From a virus, in the IMG/VR virus record IMGVR_UViG_3300021478_000216, positions 1 through 64,000 of that record: DNA of 64,000 nt; one strand, 5' to 3'. Position 1 is the stretch's first letter. Every line of letters starts with the position of its first letter. The position numbers were made by a program, and so were the translations under genes. A model generated the notes under the pieces. The model made no database searches and was not told where the DNA came from. It was given only the letters and a program-made list of their open reading frames with translations. Shown piece after piece: positions 47,324 through 57,229 of the stretch.

Positions 47324-47842
47324 CTAGAACGGACTATCGGTTTCGCTCTTCGGAGACCCGAGCTGGTCTTCGGAGAACATCCCGTAGCCGCGGATCTCGA
47401 TGTGTCGCTCTGGCATGTCAGGGAACTTCTCGACCTGCCGCTTGTTCTTACCGCGCCGGATAAAGAGCTCCTGACCTTCGTAGTACTCCGGCTCGGTCGG
47501 GACTTCGAGGTTGCCGTCCGAGTCGAGGTTGTCCTCGTAGGCGTTCTTGTTGCCCTTCTGAGAAGGCAGCGCCTTGAGAATGCCGACGATGGTGTACATC
47601 GCGCCTTCCCAGAGGCACGCGTTGGTGAAGTCGTGCCTGTTGGCGTACTCCTGCCAGCGTCCCGGAGTATCCTGGATAACGAAGTCGAAGTTGAGCATTG
47701 GCTTGCCAGAGTTGTTTTCCGACTCTGACTCGAGCAGCTCCACGCCGTGGATCACGGCGTGGTACTTGCCGATCGGCATCGGATCGAAGCTGCGGTCACC
47801 TGACGAAGCTTCCTGGTCGCTGAGTGAAACCCTGATTCCCAT
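47324..47842 (-). CDS. ssDNA-binding protein (DUF669-like)
   Basis: FDPMPIGKYHAVI, GKPML, acidic tail ending SPF; next to Sak4 and the exonuclease. Confidence 0.75.
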   Translation of the reverse strand: MGIRVSLSDQEASSGDRSFDPMPIGKYHAVIHGVELLESESENNSGKPMLNFDFVIQDTPGRWQEYANRHDFTNACLWEGAMYTIVGILKALPSQKGNKNAYEDNLDSDGNLEVPTEPEYYEGQELFIRRGKNKRQVEKFPDMPERHIEIRGYGMFSEDQLGSPKSETDSPF

Positions 47843-47878
47843 AGTTCCGTTTTCTCTTTCTGTACTAGTTACTTTGCC

Positions 47879-48715
47879 CTATCGGGCGGGTTCCTCTGCA
47901 GGCATACTGATGATCTGCCTGTAAAGGTCTTCGAGTTTAGGCTCCTGAATAACCCTCTCGAAGAGTCCGGTTCTTGACTTGGCCTGATAACCTTCAGTGA
48001 GGCCTGTCAAGAGAACGCGACGTTCTGCTTCGACGATCTTGGTTCGGCCTTCAGCGACCGTTGTGCGCTCCACAGCAAGGTAGAACACGTTGCTGAACAT
48101 ACCGCAGGCCTGATTCTTGAGCTTGCCGGGCAGGTCTGGGACGATCCAGTTGATACTGCGGTTGTCCTTCGCCTCAGCTTCGTGACAGGTTACGATGAAG
48201 TTGACAGGCAGATCGCGGAAGTGCCTGAATAGGGTTCGCATCTGGCTAATCGATTCGCCCCATTCACGCATGCTCGGGACGTCGAAGTTAACCTCGCCGC
48301 CTCCAGGCCGACCCGAGATGAGGAGAGCTGACATGATATCGTTCATAGACAGCTTCTGTGCTTCGGTGCCAGTGTCGATCACGAGAGTCTTGAACGGGAT
48401 AGGCGTGCCGGAACCAGACAGCTTAGCTGCTGCCTTGTAGATCTGGTCGAACTGTGAGAACTTCCTGATGAAGGCCACCTGTGCGTCTGGAGCTTCCTTA
48501 CGCAGGGTGTCCGCCTCTGCTTGGTCAGGTGTCATGAAGAGTACAGGTGTCATGCCTGGGATCTTCTGAGCCTGAGCTACCAGAGTTGTCTTACCGACCC
48601 CCGGCTTGCCGTAGATGAGAGCCTTCATGTACTGTGGCTTGTCTCGGATAGGCGCTATAGGAACGCCTCCGAAGTCTGTCATAGTAGGGACTAGTGCGGT
48701 ACTAACGTCGCTCAT
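47879..48715 (-). CDS. AAA_24 / Sak4-like recombination ATPase
   Basis: IYGKPGVGKTT, TLVIDT, VTCHE, AKSR. Confidence 0.85.
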   Translation of the reverse strand: MSDVSTALVPTMTDFGGVPIAPIRDKPQYMKALIYGKPGVGKTTLVAQAQKIPGMTPVLFMTPDQAEADTLRKEAPDAQVAFIRKFSQFDQIYKAAAKLSGSGTPIPFKTLVIDTGTEAQKLSMNDIMSALLISGRPGGGEVNFDVPSMREWGESISQMRTLFRHFRDLPVNFIVTCHEAEAKDNRSINWIVPDLPGKLKNQACGMFSNVFYLAVERTTVAEGRTKIVEAERRVLLTGLTEGYQAKSRTGLFERVIQEPKLEDLYRQIISMPAEEPAR

Positions 48716-49884
48716 GACTGCCGCCGTCTCTGTATATAGTACGGTTCTGACTTGACGAAGTCTGCTTCAAGATCTCCTGTCGGGTCTAGACCGCCAGAAG
48801 CTGTAAGACAGGGTAGCTGGAATGAACATGACTGACAGTTCGGTTGACTAGCGTTCTTGTATATAGCTGGTTCGCCAATCACCTCCTTAGCTTGTAGCAG
48901 TATACTACGGCCTGCTTCTTCTAGTTGTTCGGCTGTCTTGATCATAACGAAACGCCTAGAAAACTCAGGGCCGTGATTCTTGAGCCATTCTAGGTAGTCG
49001 TTGTACAGACCATGGCGATACGCTCTGTTGTCTTTACGTTCGAAGACTTGACGAGCTGTATGGTAGTCCGTGAGCTGTTGCTTGTTGACACTGTACCAAC
49101 GTCCTTGACCTGGAGTCTGCAATCTCCTGGGAGGCTTCGGGTAAGCCTTTCGGAACTGATTAAGGATAATCCCAGTAGCTGGGTATCCGTTCTGACGCAC
49201 ACACCATAGGTACGAAGGAAGCTGGTCTTCTAGTTCTGGAAGTACTGAGTCTTCTTTGTACAAGTTGGCGGCTGATTTACTGTCTTCTACAAAGATGAAT
49301 CCTTCACGGTCTTCGAAGACTACATCGATACGACAGCTAAATACAACTGGAATGCCTGTGAACTGTCCTAGGATGTCATATGAATCCGGGAACTCGTTGT
49401 GCTTTCGATACCGTGCGATACAGTCCTTGCAGGCACAGTGAAGCTGGTTGCCCTGATCGTCAACAACTGGACACTCGAATTCACGCTCTACGAATAGCGG
49501 CTTATAAGCCGAACGATCAAGACTCCGACACAGTTTGACGAGCATGCTGCGTAGAATACTGAGACGCTCGCCGTAATCGAGAGCTTCTTCTTCGTCCAGC
49601 TGATACTTTGCCGAACGAAGAAGGTAGTCATTTCGTTGGTGATTAGCTTCGGCTATAAGTGCATCCTGAGCAAACTTGTGCAAGTCTCCCAACGGTGTAC
49701 GCCAAGTCTCAGGGTTGTACAGGACTTCCAGAGCCTTGTGCCAGACAGTACCATCTTCGAGAGGAGCTGGTCGCTTAATCGGTTCCCAGTTGTCTCGATA
49801 GCGCCAGTCCCACATGCGTCTGCATGTACGGTAACCACGAAGCTGAGACGAATGGATCTCATGAGTGAGAGTCACTAGGGCCAC
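48712..49884 (-). CDS. PD-(D/E)XK Cas4/RecB-like exonuclease
   Basis: SQLRGYRTCRR, GTVWHKALE, RIDVV...EDSKS, QLPSY, CQSCSFQLPC. Confidence 0.85.
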   Translation of the reverse strand: MALVTLTHEIHSSQLRGYRTCRRMWDWRYRDNWEPIKRPAPLEDGTVWHKALEVLYNPETWRTPLGDLHKFAQDALIAEANHQRNDYLLRSAKYQLDEEEALDYGERLSILRSMLVKLCRSLDRSAYKPLFVEREFECPVVDDQGNQLHCACKDCIARYRKHNEFPDSYDILGQFTGIPVVFSCRIDVVFEDREGFIFVEDSKSAANLYKEDSVLPELEDQLPSYLWCVRQNGYPATGIILNQFRKAYPKPPRRLQTPGQGRWYSVNKQQLTDYHTARQVFERKDNRAYRHGLYNDYLEWLKNHGPEFSRRFVMIKTAEQLEEAGRSILLQAKEVIGEPAIYKNASQPNCQSCSFQLPCLTASGGLDPTGDLEADFVKSEPYYIQRRRQS

Positions 49885-50362
49885 CTTGCGTAGTATCTGA
49901 GCCAGATCCCCAAGCTTCGTATTGGGCTACTCCCGGTGATGGAGGCTTCCAAGTCTCGACAGGTCTGCCTTCAACATAGCAGTCACCAGGATGCGGGCCA
50001 GTGCTGTAGATACATCCAGGCTTGTGATACTGAAGACTTGGAGGAGGACTTCCGGGGCTTGCAGAGGCTGCGATCCTCTTAAGATCAGTCAGAGAGCATA
50101 TCTGGACAGGACGTCCAACCTTGTAACCAATAGCCTTCGCCAGCTGGGCAGCCTCTTCTATCTGCTGTTGATCGTACAGAGGCGCTACGTAACCTGTTTC
50201 TCCGAAACCATGAATCGGTAGCCCGAACTTAGGCATAGTCCCTGGGTATTCAGTGTCTCCCAGGTTCTGAGGCATGCCATGCTCTGCACAGTTGATGATA
50301 GACGTCGTCGGCGGGAAACAGTCTATCGCACAAGAGCAGGACTTCGGTAGTTCTGGTGTCAT
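49859..50362 (-). CDS. hypothetical Cys/His protein
   Basis: CSC..C..H and HxxxC...HxGxC clusters. Confidence 0.5.
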   Translation of the reverse strand: MTPELPKSCSCAIDCFPPTTSIINCAEHGMPQNLGDTEYPGTMPKFGLPIHGFGETGYVAPLYDQQQIEEAAQLAKAIGYKVGRPVQICSLTDLKRIAASASPGSPPPSLQYHKPGCIYSTGPHPGDCYVEGRPVETWKPPSPGVAQYEAWGSGSDTTQGGPSDSHS

Positions 50363-50376
50363 CGGAGTTGTCGCCG

Positions 50377-51084
50377 TTACTTAGCCGCGACCGCTGTCTT
50401 CCAGAACTCGGTGTCCATGTACACCGTGGGGTCCTCCACCTTTGCTTCGTGAAAGGCTTCGAGGCGTTCGACGCAAGTGCCGCATCGTCCGCAGTGGGAA
50501 GTTCCGCCCTTGTAGCATGACCACGTGAGATCAATAGGAACGCGGAGTTCGCCTGCCCTCCTGGCGATGTCAGCCTTAGTCCTGAAGATGTAAGGAGTCC
50601 TGATTTCGAATCCTGGGTGAATAAATCCTTCGTTACCGATCTTGATAGCTGCCTCTAGGTTCCTGATAAACTCAGGCCTACAGTCAGGATAGATCGCGTG
50701 GTCACCTGCATGAACCGCCGTGGCGACAAACTGAGCCTTGATGGAGATAGCCACTCCCGCCGCCATAGCTATCATGACCATGTTACGGTTCGGGACAACC
50801 GTTGCCTTCATGCTCTCGGCATCGTAGCTGCCTTCCGGGACCTCTGCGTTAGGGTCTACCAGGGAGCTTGCGCTGGATACAATCGAACGTCCATAAGACG
50901 GAATGTCTATGATCAGGTGGTGAAGACGAAGGGCTGAAGTGATAGCCCTTGCCTGGATAAGTTCCCTGATGTGACGCTGACCGTAGTTGAAGGACACTAC
51001 GTCTACGTCTGTTCCGCTGTTTACAAGATCGTACAGCATAGTGGTGCTGTCAAGTCCGCCGGATACGATTGCTATGCCACCCAT
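50377..51084 (-). CDS. queC: 7-cyano-7-deazaguanine synthase
   Basis: SGGLDS, YGQRH, VVPNRN, YPDCRPEF, TWSCY..CGRCGTC. Confidence 0.96.
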   Translation of the reverse strand: MGGIAIVSGGLDSTTMLYDLVNSGTDVDVVSFNYGQRHIRELIQARAITSALRLHHLIIDIPSYGRSIVSSASSLVDPNAEVPEGSYDAESMKATVVPNRNMVMIAMAAGVAISIKAQFVATAVHAGDHAIYPDCRPEFIRNLEAAIKIGNEGFIHPGFEIRTPYIFRTKADIARRAGELRVPIDLTWSCYKGGTSHCGRCGTCVERLEAFHEAKVEDPTVYMDTEFWKTAVAAK

Positions 51085-51122
51085 AAGGTTTGCTCCTGGA
51101 TTCTCGCTTTTCGTATAATATA

Positions 51123-51160
51123 ATTATACTACAAGAATCTAGGGAACAACAATGGAGCCT
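51123..51160 (-). promoter_or_regulatory. leftward promoter TTGTTG-18-TATAAT upstream of queC
   Basis: AT-rich island; the AGGCTCC motif is present in inverted orientation. Confidence 0.65.
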
Positions 51161-51317
51161 TAAAGGAAATTATTCTGAAATTTCCCTTAATACACTAGTC
51201 AACTAATGACCGCAAGCGTTGGACGCACAGTCGGTTACAATAGCGTGTACTATAGCAAAGATAGCTAGTCCTGTCAGGACTAGTGCACATATCAAACAGA
51301 CAAGAAGTTCCCAGTCT

Positions 51318-51632
51318 CTATTCTTCATGCCTAACAGGCCCTCCTGTCCGAGTCCCGTTACGAGACAGAGTCACTTCCTTAGGTACAGACTTCATGGTAA
51401 GCCAACGGAGCGGTTCTTCGATATTGTCCAGAGCTGGAAAGGTAACTGTTACCGTGTCACCTGTTAGGTTCGTGTCTTCGTTAAGCCAGTCTTCGTCCAT
51501 ACCGTCCCAGTACTCACGTATATACCGGTAGAACTCTTCCGCCTCAGCTAGGGCTCCTTCGTAGTCATCTTCGGCTATCATTTCCTGGATAGAGTCGAAC
51601 TCTACAACTAGCGTCCAACGGCTCATTTCCAT
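51318..51632 (-). CDS. acidic hypothetical protein
   Basis: AGGAG RBS; Glu/Asp rich. Confidence 0.6.
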   Translation of the reverse strand: MEMSRWTLVVEFDSIQEMIAEDDYEGALAEAEEFYRYIREYWDGMDEDWLNEDTNLTGDTVTVTFPALDNIEEPLRWLTMKSVPKEVTLSRNGTRTGGPVRHEE

Positions 51633-51647
51633 GATACTCTCCTTATC

Positions 51648-51675
51648 AGGCCCGCCGGCGTGTTCCGGCGGGCCT
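51648..51675 (-). terminator. GC-rich hairpin
   Basis: AGGCCCGCCGG / CCGGCGGGCCT. Confidence 0.5.
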
Positions 51676-51684
51676 CGTTGCTGA

Positions 51685-51915
51685 TTAAGATAAACGTCGA
51701 CCTGATGGGACTTGCTGACCGATGCCTTCGAGACCTTCTCGCAGCTCCTGAATACTGAAGCTAGGCAGCTTGATCTCGCCTTCGGGTTGAAGATTGTGCC
51801 TAGTAGCTGGTTTAGTCTCTGGAGCAGACTTTGACTTGATGGTCAAGGTCTGGCTCGTGTAGTCGTAGATGACGATGATTGTGTCGAACTCCATTGTCTT
51901 AACGGACATCGTCAT
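51685..51915 (-). CDS. hypothetical protein
   Basis: GGAGG RBS. Confidence 0.55.
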   Translation of the reverse strand: MTMSVKTMEFDTIIVIYDYTSQTLTIKSKSAPETKPATRHNLQPEGEIKLPSFSIQELREGLEGIGQQVPSGRRLS

Positions 51916-52145
51916 GCTGCACCTCCGAGTGATACCTTCGCCAGTGCTGCCGGTAAGCCTTGCATGTTCGGAATCTCGTGCCGGTTGCCCATCCAGCGTG
52001 GACGATGCCGCAGGCTAGAAACGAAATTGAGCCCCAGTCGCTTTTTCTCCTCTCACCCCAAGGGCAGTAGAAGAACGTGCCACCTCGGATCGGAGCTGGA
52101 GGCTCTGGAGAAGACGGAACTAGCCTGTTATGATGAACAGCCATG

Positions 52146-52463
52146 TTAAGGCTGACCGTTCTGGGTAGCCTGCTTACCTTCTTGCGTCTGACAGAAGGCA
52201 TCCCATTCAGGGATGCGCGTGATCGCGCCTGCGGCTTCGCGCGTCGTCGTGGCGAAGCCTACACCGTTGATACAGATCTCGACGATGTTCGGATGGCCGT
52301 CGACGTTGAGGTAGAGCCCAACGTAGTTCGGATATGACGGTGATACGTTCTGCAGGTCATCGGCGACAGGGTTTCCGCTGGCGCAGCCGGCGATGATTGC
52401 TGCCGCTGCGATGCCAGTACTGGCGACGCCAGCCCAGGTCAGGTCGCGCTTGTTAAGTTTCAT
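52146..52463 (-). CDS. lipoprotein
   Basis: Signal peptide with lipobox IAGC. Confidence 0.7.
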   Translation of the reverse strand: MKLNKRDLTWAGVASTGIAAAAIIAGCASGNPVADDLQNVSPSYPNYVGLYLNVDGHPNIVEICINGVGFATTTREAAGAITRIPEWDAFCQTQEGKQATQNGQP

Positions 52464-52483
52464 GTTCCATTTCTCCTGATTAG

Positions 52484-53281
52484 TTACTTAAGTACAGGCT
52501 TTCTGAGCACGATTGCCATCTTGTCTTCGGCGATGACTTGCCACCCGAGCTCTTTCGGATCGATAGCGTAGTTGCCGAGAATGATGTATGCGCCTGGGTG
52601 CATGCGATTGAGAACTGTTTTTTCCAAGTGTCTCGCCAGCTCGAGATGGACGAACGGACGGTTGAGCCATATCACGTCGGCGAGAATGTAGGGGACCTTG
52701 ACTTCACGAGCGTCTGCTACGAACGCACCGCCCTTGCAGCCCTTAGACTGCAATAGCTCGTTCGCGTCTCTCACGTATTCGGGGTTATAATCGATACCTC
52801 CTGCATCGAGGCCGAATACCTTCTCGGCTATGACTAGCTTAGTGCCTGGACCGCATCCGACTTCGAGAAATTTGAGCCTTCGAGGTGCGAGAACGTCGTT
52901 GCACTTATCGATCGGATCGATATCCGTAACAACAGCGTCGAGCAGCTTGCCGAACGTGCTAATCGGGTAGGGCTTGAACATCCACGATGAACCGTCGATA
53001 GTGTTGTCGGTCGTGACGGCTTCCATTGCCAGCATCTCGTTGATCAGATTACGATGTTCGGCACTCTTGCACCAGCTGAGATCGAAGCCTGCAGCGTCTA
53101 CGATACCTTCAGAACTGCCTATGTCTGCTTGGAGTCCTGGACCTAGCTCCTCGAATAGAACTTCGAACAGAGCGTTCGGGATAAACGCCCAGCAGCCGTC
53201 GATCGAGATCTTGGTGAAGTCCGCTTCTTCTTCGGTGCCCGGTTCCGTCTCGACTAGAACTGACCTAGTTCGATAGAGCAT
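52484..53281 (-). CDS. class I SAM-dependent methyltransferase
   Basis: FLEVGCGPG, GIDYN, VADA, ADVIWLNRPF, MHPGA. Confidence 0.8.
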   Translation of the reverse strand: MLYRTRSVLVETEPGTEEEADFTKISIDGCWAFIPNALFEVLFEELGPGLQADIGSSEGIVDAAGFDLSWCKSAEHRNLINEMLAMEAVTTDNTIDGSSWMFKPYPISTFGKLLDAVVTDIDPIDKCNDVLAPRRLKFLEVGCGPGTKLVIAEKVFGLDAGGIDYNPEYVRDANELLQSKGCKGGAFVADAREVKVPYILADVIWLNRPFVHLELARHLEKTVLNRMHPGAYIILGNYAIDPKELGWQVIAEDKMAIVLRKPVLK

Positions 53282-53283
53282 TG

Positions 53284-53724
53284 TTACTCCTGTTCTATGA
53301 TGCGGCAGATACTGTATCCCTGCCGTCGGAAGATCTCGTTTTGTACTGCTCTGTAGAGAGGACGTTCTTCCATCCAGATAAGCGCATGTTTGTCAGTTAC
53401 CTGATTGATCTCTGACTCCATAGCATCCTGTGCCATCTCGCCACCGAGTCCTGCTGCGAAGTGAAACATAGACTGAAGTACAGCTGACTGGTACCTAAAG
53501 GCATGCTTTAGCAGAAAAGCTTTCAGGTTAACGAGATGGTCGTCTTCTATGTCGACGATGCGAAGGATTTCTCGATCACCTGACTGCCAGACTTCACCCT
53601 GCTCGAGTAGCTCGTCTACATGGTAGTGTCGTTCTGGCATCTCCGTAGGCTCTCTAGTCATTGCTTCGACAAAGTTTTTCATGATCTGATCGAAGACCTG
53701 ACTCGGTGTACCTTCGTAGATCAT
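53284..53724 (-). CDS. hypothetical protein
   Basis: Operon packing; W...IVDIEDDHLVN pattern. Confidence 0.6.
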   Translation of the reverse strand: MIYEGTPSQVFDQIMKNFVEAMTREPTEMPERHYHVDELLEQGEVWQSGDREILRIVDIEDDHLVNLKAFLLKHAFRYQSAVLQSMFHFAAGLGGEMAQDAMESEINQVTDKHALIWMEERPLYRAVQNEIFRRQGYSICRIIEQE

Positions 53725-53954
53725 GGATCTAGATATCGAGCTGCGAACCGCTCAATAGTCATACCGCCCTGCCGAGTATCGTCAGTTACGATAACCGTTA
53801 GATCCCGGTACTCTTTCGGGTCGTCGGTCTCGGGTGCGTCCTTGCCCCAGAATGCCGAAGCTAGAGCCTTCATGAAAGCTGCTGCCGTAGGACTTGACTC
53901 GCTGACAGGGACGTAATGAACGCCGTCGATGATGACTTTGTCAGGTTTGCTCAT
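53721..53954 (-). CDS. hypothetical protein
   Basis: VIIDGVHYVP N-terminus common in phage proteins. Confidence 0.6.
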   Translation of the reverse strand: MSKPDKVIIDGVHYVPVSESSPTAAAFMKALASAFWGKDAPETDDPKEYRDLTVIVTDDTRQGGMTIERFAARYLDP

Positions 53955-54137
53955 TAGTATCCTGGTTCCTTACGACGTTCAGCTTTCTCCATAGGCACGT
54001 TCTCTTCTTCAGTAAACGCTGCGGTAGCATGCTCGATAGCCTTCATTAGACGTTCGCCTGCTGCGCGGAGTTCTTCAGCGTACTCTTCGTGGGCCTGACG
54101 TAGTGCTCTTCTGTATTCGGGTAGATTCACTGCTACA

Positions 54138-54326
54138 TCACTTCCTATGTTCCATCAGGACGCTTTGTACTCCGATCATCGGGACTAGAAGAATATCTTC
54201 GTCTATATCGAGCCTCCACTGGACTGCTTCCGTTATTAGGTGGTCTGCTTCGATCACGTTGATATGTCCGTCATTGTACTTAATCGTTACCTTGAGTCGT
54301 TTCATAGGACTTATATTGGTACTCAT
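54138..54326 (-). CDS. hypothetical protein
   Basis: Start likely MSTNISP, overlapping the upstream stop. Confidence 0.5.
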   Translation of the reverse strand: MSTNISPMKRLKVTIKYNDGHINVIEADHLITEAVQWRLDIDEDILLVPMIGVQSVLMEHRK

Positions 54327-54871
54327 TCCCCTTGAAACCATCCCTTCTGGACACCGAGATTCATCATCATGGCTGGTGTAACGAAGTGCTCGCTGCCGAC
54401 TGTGCCAGGGAACATTGCCGCTTGTGCTACAGCGTCGCAGTGCTCGACCAGAGCGCTACAGTCCCACCACTTGTCGCTGTTAAATAGAGATGTGAGATCC
54501 TTGGTTAGAGAAGCCTTGAAGAGAGCTAGCATCAGAGCAGGATAGACCGCGAGGTCGTATCCTCCGCCGACTAGGTTCATGGCTGTCTTAGCTGCAACGG
54601 TACGTTGAGCTACTGTCAGCGGCTGTCCTGTAGCCCAGATGACGTTTTCTCGAGGAGCTGCGTCGTATTTAACCTTCGGCCAGCGAGCTTCAACAGTCAT
54701 GCCACCGCCTACGTACATTACAGCGTGACCTGCCCAGCTCTGTGTAGCCATACGGATGACGCTAGCGAAAGGTCCGCTGCCGTGAGCTACGCCCCAGGTT
54801 CCCGCCAGTGGAGGGTAAGGAACGTTGCTGAACTGGAAGCCTTCTGGCGGTCCCTGGTAGTTACGAGTCAT
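54323..54871 (-). CDS. permuted NlpC/P60 (YiiX/YaeF-like) peptidase/amidase
   Basis: His before Cys: WAGHAVMY...YD...DCSALV...VTP. Confidence 0.75.
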   Translation of the reverse strand: MTRNYQGPPEGFQFSNVPYPPLAGTWGVAHGSGPFASVIRMATQSWAGHAVMYVGGGMTVEARWPKVKYDAAPRENVIWATGQPLTVAQRTVAAKTAMNLVGGGYDLAVYPALMLALFKASLTKDLTSLFNSDKWWDCSALVEHCDAVAQAAMFPGTVGSEHFVTPAMMMNLGVQKGWFQGE

Positions 54872-55052
54872 TACTAGGGGGTATCCTTTCCTGATTGATC
54901 ATGTTCTTGTCGGTGCGGTGCTGACAAGTGCAGTTCGTGTCTATGCATGACTGATGCAGTGAGATAGCTTCTGACTCCGGATCAGGATGCTCTTCACTCG
55001 GATCCAGCTTGAAGACTTCGCCGGCTCGTCTGCAGGGGTGACAGATCATCAT
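54861..55052 (-). CDS. small Cys/His protein
   Basis: ICHPC...HQSC...CTCQH. Confidence 0.6.
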   Translation of the reverse strand: MMICHPCRRAGEVFKLDPSEEHPDPESEAISLHQSCIDTNCTCQHRTDKNMINQERIPPSNDS

Positions 55053-55057
55053 TACTC

Positions 55058-55162
55058 CTAGTGATGTAGTTCCTGAGCAATGTACGATAGCCAGAGGATG
55101 ATAATGAGTAGTTCGCCGATTATGACTCCGAGTAGTAGCATGAGTGCTCCGAACTTACTCAT
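55058..55162 (-). CDS. 34-aa TM peptide
   Basis: MSKFGALMLLLGVIIGELLIIILWLSYIAQELHH. Confidence 0.5.
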   Translation of the reverse strand: MSKFGALMLLLGVIIGELLIIILWLSYIAQELHH

Positions 55163-55467
55163 GCGAACAGCCTGAGTCGTATATTATCGCCCAAGTCGAT
55201 ATCGTGCATTGAATCCGTGCGTGCGGTAGAGTCGTTCATAAGTCTGTCAGCTACTTCATGAGCTGCCTGAATCTTAAAACCTGCACGGACTAGACGTGAC
55301 ATTAGATTAGCCTTCTCGAAGGTTCGGGTCGGCCACTCTATAGGCGTTCCGGACCCTGCATCCTTGTGCCTTTCGAATGGTTTTAGCCATCCCATTCGAT
55401 ACCAGTAGTCCATTTGGCGATTCGTAATTCGTGCACGACTGCACAGTTCCTTAGATGTATAGGACAT
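55159..55467 (-). CDS. MerR-like HTH protein
   Basis: ELCSRARITNRQMDYWYRMGWLKP...GSG...LVRAGF; start MSYTS. Confidence 0.78.
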   Translation of the reverse strand: MSYTSKELCSRARITNRQMDYWYRMGWLKPFERHKDAGSGTPIEWPTRTFEKANLMSRLVRAGFKIQAAHEVADRLMNDSTARTDSMHDIDLGDNIRLRLFA

Positions 55468-56255
55468 CAGTGTGCTCTCTGGTCGCCCCAGGCTAGGATA
55501 TGTAGACGTGACGAGACATTGTAGCCTGCTCGAATTCCACGATCTGCTACGAACGTCATCTTGTCCTGTAGAGCCTGCGGAGTCGTGCCTTCCGGCATTA
55601 CCCATATACGCCACGGAGGGATCTTGCACAGAGCTGCGATCTGGCTGATCTCGGAGAAGTCTCCAGGGTTCTTGACCACGAACTTGAAGAACGCCTTGTT
55701 CGAGCCAGCAAAGAAATTCAGGACGTCTAGGTTTCGCCTCACCCTGAGGCTGTTGCCACTAGTAGCCAGCTTAGGCGAGACGGCATATCCACCCACAGCT
55801 TCGTGTAGAAACGGGCTAGGTCTACGAATACCTGCCGTTTCTATATTCGTCTCGATACCTGCCTCTAGTAGAGTATTGACTAGTAGTCCTACAGGGTCTC
55901 CGAGAGACTCTTCAACTGTCGTCTCAGGTCTCTGCATAGACACAGGAACCTGAGCTAGTGGTTCACCACCTGATAGGACTACGAGGCTAGCCCCTGTAGC
56001 ACAGAAGATAGCCTGACTAGCGACGTCGCCTACGCTCATTTCGTGGACTTCTTCGGTGTAGTCGTATACCTTGCGGCTCTGGTGGTGCGCAGCGATAGGG
56101 TCTGAGAAGGCCCATGTATAGGGTGTATCGCACCATGTACAGCGCAGCGGGCAGATTGCTAGTCGAACGAAAGCACAGCGTCGGCCCGTCGCAGGGCCTT
56201 CACCCTGGATCGTGGGCCCGAACACTTCATTTACCAGTAGCGTCTTGCTTGGCAT
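55467..56255 (-). CDS. queE: 7-carboxy-7-deazaguanine synthase (radical SAM)
   Basis: TIQGEG, CPLRCTWCDT, SGGEP, IETAG, VSPKL, KFVV, RLH. Confidence 0.95.
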   Translation of the reverse strand: MPSKTLLVNEVFGPTIQGEGPATGRRCAFVRLAICPLRCTWCDTPYTWAFSDPIAAHHQSRKVYDYTEEVHEMSVGDVASQAIFCATGASLVVLSGGEPLAQVPVSMQRPETTVEESLGDPVGLLVNTLLEAGIETNIETAGIRRPSPFLHEAVGGYAVSPKLATSGNSLRVRRNLDVLNFFAGSNKAFFKFVVKNPGDFSEISQIAALCKIPPWRIWVMPEGTTPQALQDKMTFVADRGIRAGYNVSSRLHILAWGDQRAH

Positions 56256-56523
56256 TCAGGATCTCCCTGACTTGTTCTTCAGGTAGTTGGAATATCTTGG
56301 CTAGTTCTGACACGGTCCAGAAGTTCGAGTTAGACCTGTGCAAGGTAACTATCTCCTCGCACCATTCAGGATTGATGATCGGTTCGGCACTTCCGCATCC
56401 TGCGATAAAGGCTTGCCGCACCATATCGTATAGTTGCCCAACGGTAGAAGTTACTACAGACTGCTTATCAGGTTTGCCGAACACTTCGAGCCAGTATTCT
56501 TGGAACTTGTCTTCAGGCGACAT
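56227..56523 (-). CDS. HTH-containing hypothetical protein
   Basis: WTVSELAKIFQLPEEQVREIL. Confidence 0.55.
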   Translation of the reverse strand: MSPEDKFQEYWLEVFGKPDKQSVVTSTVGQLYDMVRQAFIAGCGSAEPIINPEWCEEIVTLHRSNSNFWTVSELAKIFQLPEEQVREILNAKQDATGK

Positions 56524-56710
56524 CTTCGCCTCCGATGTCCCAGCCTGCGCGGACTATTTCGGACTCTGGAATAGGCTCGATCTTCTGCCGCTTCTTTAGG
56601 TCTACCAGAGATTCCATTCTAGGTGTCTTGCTAAGGCCCCTACGTCTGAGACGATCGATGTATTTCGAAATGCCACGGTCCGGATGCTTGCAGTTGTATT
56701 TACGACTCAC
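56513..56710 (-). CDS. small basic protein
   Basis: First gene after the promoter at 56747. Confidence 0.5.
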   Translation of the reverse strand: MSRKYNCKHPDRGISKYIDRLRRRGLSKTPRMESLVDLKKRQKIEPIPESEIVRAGWDIGGEDVA

Positions 56711-56746
56711 GACCGCTCCCGAACATTATTATTCTTTCCTTACTTA

Positions 56747-56784
56747 ATTATATCACGAGATCTAACAGAAATGCCAGAGGCTCC
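56747..56784 (-). promoter_or_regulatory. leftward promoter TGGCAT-18-TATAAT with upstream GGAGCCTC
   Basis: Read directly. Confidence 0.7.
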
Positions 56785-56807
56785 AGCAAGATCTTTTTGA
56801 GATACCG

Positions 56808-57227
56808 TTACTTGCCTTCATGACCTCCCTGGTATCTCTTGAGAGCTTCCGTGAAAGGATTAGGAGTCGCTATGCCGCCGTTGGAAGGAGCCTGTCGCTG
56901 CGTCGTCTTCTGACGCATTACGTCACAGGCTGTCGTGACGTGCGACCGAATAGCCTTATCGGACGGGTAGAAGTCTCCCGCAGGACCTTCAGCAGTTACC
57001 TGACCGATGATCTGAATCTGAACGTCTGCAGGTCCGCCATCCAGAAGCGCCGCGCCTCCAGGCAGAGAGGCTCTAGCGACGATAACTATGGCGTAGGCTG
57101 CAGTGAGCTTCCCGTTGACATCCCAGTTGCCGAAGACGACATCGAACCCTAGGACGTTGAGGCCTGTGCTACTTAGAGGAAGGGCTTCCTCGACGACGGT
57201 GTAGATACGGTCCTGTAGGTCTTCCAT
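56808..57227 (-). CDS. hypothetical protein
   Basis: Operon packing after the helicase. Confidence 0.6.
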   Translation of the reverse strand: MEDLQDRIYTVVEEALPLSSTGLNVLGFDVVFGNWDVNGKLTAAYAIVIVARASLPGGAALLDGGPADVQIQIIGQVTAEGPAGDFYPSDKAIRSHVTTACDVMRQKTTQRQAPSNGGIATPNPFTEALKRYQGGHEGK

Positions 57228-57229
57228 CG

